Both the position numbers and the translations under genes were made by a program. A DNA stretch of 27,573 bases from Gemmatimonadota bacterium. Lineage in GTDB: Bacteria; Gemmatimonadota; Gemmatimonadetes; Palauibacterales; Palauibacteraceae. Shown one piece after another: positions 24,739 to 27,573 of the stretch. The first letter of the stretch is position 1; every line of letters begins with the position of its first letter. The DNA is taken from the NCBI GenBank assembly GCA_046758745.1, contig JBHIAV010000038.1:1-27573 (forward strand), given 5' to 3'. Under the pieces are notes generated by a model. That model was not told the DNA's origin. It did no database searches and worked only from the letters and a program-made list of their open reading frames with translations.

Positions 24739-25578
24739 CTAGATCTCCCGCTGGACCACCAGCGGCGCATCCAGCCGCACCGTCATCACCGATCCCTGCT
24801 CGAGAACGGCATCCACATCCTCCGTGCCGAGGGTGATCGCCGTCCCGGCGGCACCCCCGAGGATCCCGCCGATGATGGCTCCCTTCGCGTTACCTCCGAG
24901 CACGCCCCCGAGGATCGCCCCGGCCGCGGCGCCCCCGCCGATCTTGGCGATCTTTCCACCCGTGCTGCCGCGCCCCTTGGTAGTCGGGTTCGCCTGGGTG
25001 ATGGTGAGCTGGATCGGGTAGGTGTCTCCCCCGAACGAGACCTCGTCGAACGCCACTTTCAGGACGGCCTCCTTGCCGGCCCCCCCGGATTTCTGAACGG
25101 CCGTCACCTCGCCCCGGATGACGGCGCCCGCCGGCACCGCCACCCGATCGCCCACGAGGATCGGTGCGTTCAGGGTGGTGGTGAAGATGTCGCCGGCCCG
25201 ACTCGTTCGCGTGCTGAGCTCCTGGTTCAGGGTGACCTGGAAGCTCGTGCCGGCGGGGATCGCCACGCTCTCGTATTGCGGGCCGGCGGGCGCGGGCGCC
25301 GGCTCTGGCGCGGGCGCCGGCTCGGGTGCCGGGGCTGCGCGCGGCGGGCGCGGCGCCGGCCGCGGGCGGGTCCGCTCGGGCCGGGGCTGAGGCGCCGGCT
25401 CCTCCGCCGGGACGTCCGCCAGCTCGGCCAACCCGGTGTCCGCCGCCATCGCGAGATCCATCTCGCGGTCCACCTCGGCCTGGAGATCCTCCGCGGGTGC
25501 GTCGCCGCCGCAGGCCGCTGCCGTGAGCGTCAGCGTGAAGAGCAACAGGGCCGGAACCAGCGGTGTTTTCCCTTTCAT
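24739..25578 (-). CDS. Hypothetical lipoprotein with Pro-rich linker, beta-rich domain and glycine-zipper hairpin
   Basis: Signal peptide ending AAAC; PAPEPAPA linker; IPAGTSFQVTL...VPAGAVIRGEVT; GGGAAAGAILGGVLGG...GAIIGGILGGAAGT; AGGAG upstream. Confidence 0.8.
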   Translation of the reverse strand: MKGKTPLVPALLLFTLTLTAAACGGDAPAEDLQAEVDREMDLAMAADTGLAELADVPAEEPAPQPRPERTRPRPAPRPPRAAPAPEPAPAPEPAPAPAGPQYESVAIPAGTSFQVTLNQELSTRTSRAGDIFTTTLNAPILVGDRVAVPAGAVIRGEVTAVQKSGGAGKEAVLKVAFDEVSFGGDTYPIQLTITQANPTTKGRGSTGGKIAKIGGGAAAGAILGGVLGGNAKGAIIGGILGGAAGTAITLGTEDVDAVLEQGSVMTVRLDAPLVVQREI

Positions 25579-25742
25579 GCCCGGATTCTCCTTATTCTCC
25601 TTACCATGATCCGCGAGTAGAAATCACGATTCGCCCTCAATAGGTTAACCCCCGTTAGTATACTGAAGTTCTACGCGGCGTTGAAGGCAAGCGGCGTGCC
25701 GGAACGCGGCGGACGGATCCGGCAGCCACTGTGGGGCCCCAT

Positions 25743-27569
25743 ATGAAGCAGCTTCGGACACTTCTTCCCTACTACCGGCCCTATCTGCGCGGTACGCTGA
25801 TCGGGCTCGTCCTCGTCATCGTCAGCAATCTTTTCACCATCGCGGGGCCGTACATCCTCAAGATGGCGATCGACGCTCTGGAGGCGGAGCTCAGCCGCCG
25901 CGTTCTCGTCCGCTATGCGGAGCTTCTCATCCTGGTCGCCCTCGGCGCCGGGACGGCCCGCTATTGGATGCGCCAGCTGCTCAACGGGATCAGCCGGCGT
26001 ATCGAGACGGACTTGCGCAACGATCTCTTCGCGCACCTGCTCCGCCTGCCGGCCGAGTTCTACGACCGGTGGCGAACCGGCGACCTCATGACCCGAGCGA
26101 CGAACGATATCCTCGCGGTGCGGCAGGTGGCCGGTCCGGCGATCATGTATCTGGTGAACACGGCCACCGTGTCGGCGCTTGCCCTGGCGTTGATGATCTG
26201 GATCGACCCGTGGCTCACCCTCGTCGCCATGATCCCGATGGCCGCGCTACCGCCCACCGTCATCCTCTTCGGGCGGAGAATCCATACCCGCTTCGAGCGG
26301 ATCCAGAGTCAGTTCTCGGAGATCTCGAGCTTCGCTCAGGAGAACCTGGCGGGGATCCGCATCGTGAAGGCTTACACGCGCGAGCGGAAGCAGGCGGAGG
26401 GATTCGGCGAGCGGAACCGCGAATACCTGTCACGCAACATGAGCTTGGCGAAGGTGTGGGGTGCCTTCTTCCCCACCCTGGCTCTCCTCACCGGTCTCGG
26501 GGCGACCGCGGTCCTGTGGTTCGGCGGAGGGCGCGTGGTCGCCGGGGCGATCACGCTGGGGGACTTCGTGGCGTTCGGCCTCTACCTCACCCTGCTCGCA
26601 TGGCCGATGATCGCCCTCGGGTGGGTCACCAACCTCTTCCAGCGGGGCGCGGCCTCCATGGGGCGGATCAACTCGCTGCTGGCGGTCGAGCCGGCGATCC
26701 GGGATGCGCGGCGGCCGGTCGCGCGGCCGGCCATGCGCGGCGAGATCGAGTTCGAGAACGTCTCCTTCCGCTATCCGGGCACGGAACGCTGGGTGCTCCG
26801 CCACGTCTCGTTCCGTATCTCACCCGGGCAGACGGTGGCGATCGTGGGGCCGACGGCGAGCGGAAAGACCACGCTGGTAAGCCTCATCCCCAGGCTGTAC
26901 GAGGCAACCGAGGGCGTCGTGCGGGTGGACGGAAGGGACGTCCGGGAGCTCCGCCTCGAGGATCTCCGCGCCGCCGTCTCGGTCGTCCCCCAGGAGCCTT
27001 TCCTGTTCAGCGAACGACTGCGTCACAACGTGACGCTGCGGGACGGTGGCAGACCCGCGGTGGAAGGTTCACGCTCCACGGCCGCCCGCACCCCGCGCGA
27101 GCGGCGTCCCGGGGGGGACGGCCGGCTCGATCGAGCGGTCGACATCGCGCAGCTCCGCGAGACGCTCGACGTTCTCCCGGAGGGGATCGACACGCACCTG
27201 GGCGAGCGGGGTGTGAATCTGTCGGGCGGCCAGAAGCAGCGCGCCACTCTGGCCCGCGCGGTGTACCGCGACACGCCGATCCTCATCCTCGACGACTCGC
27301 TCTCGGCGGTGGACACGGTGACGGAGAGGGCCATCCTCGCAGGCCTGCGGGAGTTCATGCGCGGGCGTAGCTCGATCATCGTATCGCACCGGGTCTCCGC
27401 CGTGGCCGGGGCCGACCTCATCCTCGTGCTGGAGGACGGTCGCATCGTCGAGCGCGGCCGGCACGCAGAGCTGCTGGCAACGGACGGGGTGTACGCTCGC
27501 CTGCTCGAGCGGCAGCTGCTGGCGGAGGAGATCGAGGCGGAGACGGCGCGGTCGCTCGGTCCGGGCTAG
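25743..27569 (+). CDS. ABC exporter, fused permease + ATP-binding subunit (MsbA/MdlA-like)
   Basis: TM domain with TGDLMTRATND; Walker A GPTASGKT, Q-loop VPQEPFLFS, signature LSGGQKQR, Walker B ILILDD (degenerate), H-switch VSHR. Confidence 0.93.
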   Translation: MKQLRTLLPYYRPYLRGTLIGLVLVIVSNLFTIAGPYILKMAIDALEAELSRRVLVRYAELLILVALGAGTARYWMRQLLNGISRRIETDLRNDLFAHLLRLPAEFYDRWRTGDLMTRATNDILAVRQVAGPAIMYLVNTATVSALALALMIWIDPWLTLVAMIPMAALPPTVILFGRRIHTRFERIQSQFSEISSFAQENLAGIRIVKAYTRERKQAEGFGERNREYLSRNMSLAKVWGAFFPTLALLTGLGATAVLWFGGGRVVAGAITLGDFVAFGLYLTLLAWPMIALGWVTNLFQRGAASMGRINSLLAVEPAIRDARRPVARPAMRGEIEFENVSFRYPGTERWVLRHVSFRISPGQTVAIVGPTASGKTTLVSLIPRLYEATEGVVRVDGRDVRELRLEDLRAAVSVVPQEPFLFSERLRHNVTLRDGGRPAVEGSRSTAARTPRERRPGGDGRLDRAVDIAQLRETLDVLPEGIDTHLGERGVNLSGGQKQRATLARAVYRDTPILILDDSLSAVDTVTERAILAGLREFMRGRSSIIVSHRVSAVAGADLILVLEDGRIVERGRHAELLATDGVYARLLERQLLAEEIEAETARSLGPG

Positions 27570-27573
27570 CGGG

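Overview
High-GC bacterial DNA, gene-dense; the gene content is suggestive of a Gemmatimonadota-like lineage, but that is inference only. Four blocks. (1) 34-6018: a MurU-like nucleotidyltransferase, then a patchwork accessory region with a divergent SAM methyltransferase/ICMT-PEMT pair and radical SAM/PAP2 pair, and two head-to-head 5'-truncated genes (REC-AraC tail of a hybrid two-component regulator; frameshifted CxxC-less TrxB-like oxidoreductase). (2) 6166-13077: a B12-dependent class II ribonucleotide reductase (nrdJ) with three in-frame LAGLIDADG inteins (477, 458, 410 aa). The third splits the catalytic NP|CGE motif and ends in an atypical Val-Gln. Upstream are a sigma70-type promoter, tandem NrdR boxes and DnaA-box-like sites. 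(3) 13118-22038, minus strand: a peptidoglycan-recycling run of murQ fused to a DinB-like domain, anmK, nagZ-like GH3, a sodium:solute symporter and an Amidase_3 lipoprotein, followed by a gamma-carbonic-anhydrase-like gene; two genes appear to start at CTG. (4) 22083-27569: endonuclease III-like gene, ggt, a glycine-zipper lipoprotein and an ABC exporter. No rRNA, tRNA, CRISPR array or transposase recognised. All calls come from reading motifs by eye; no searches were run.
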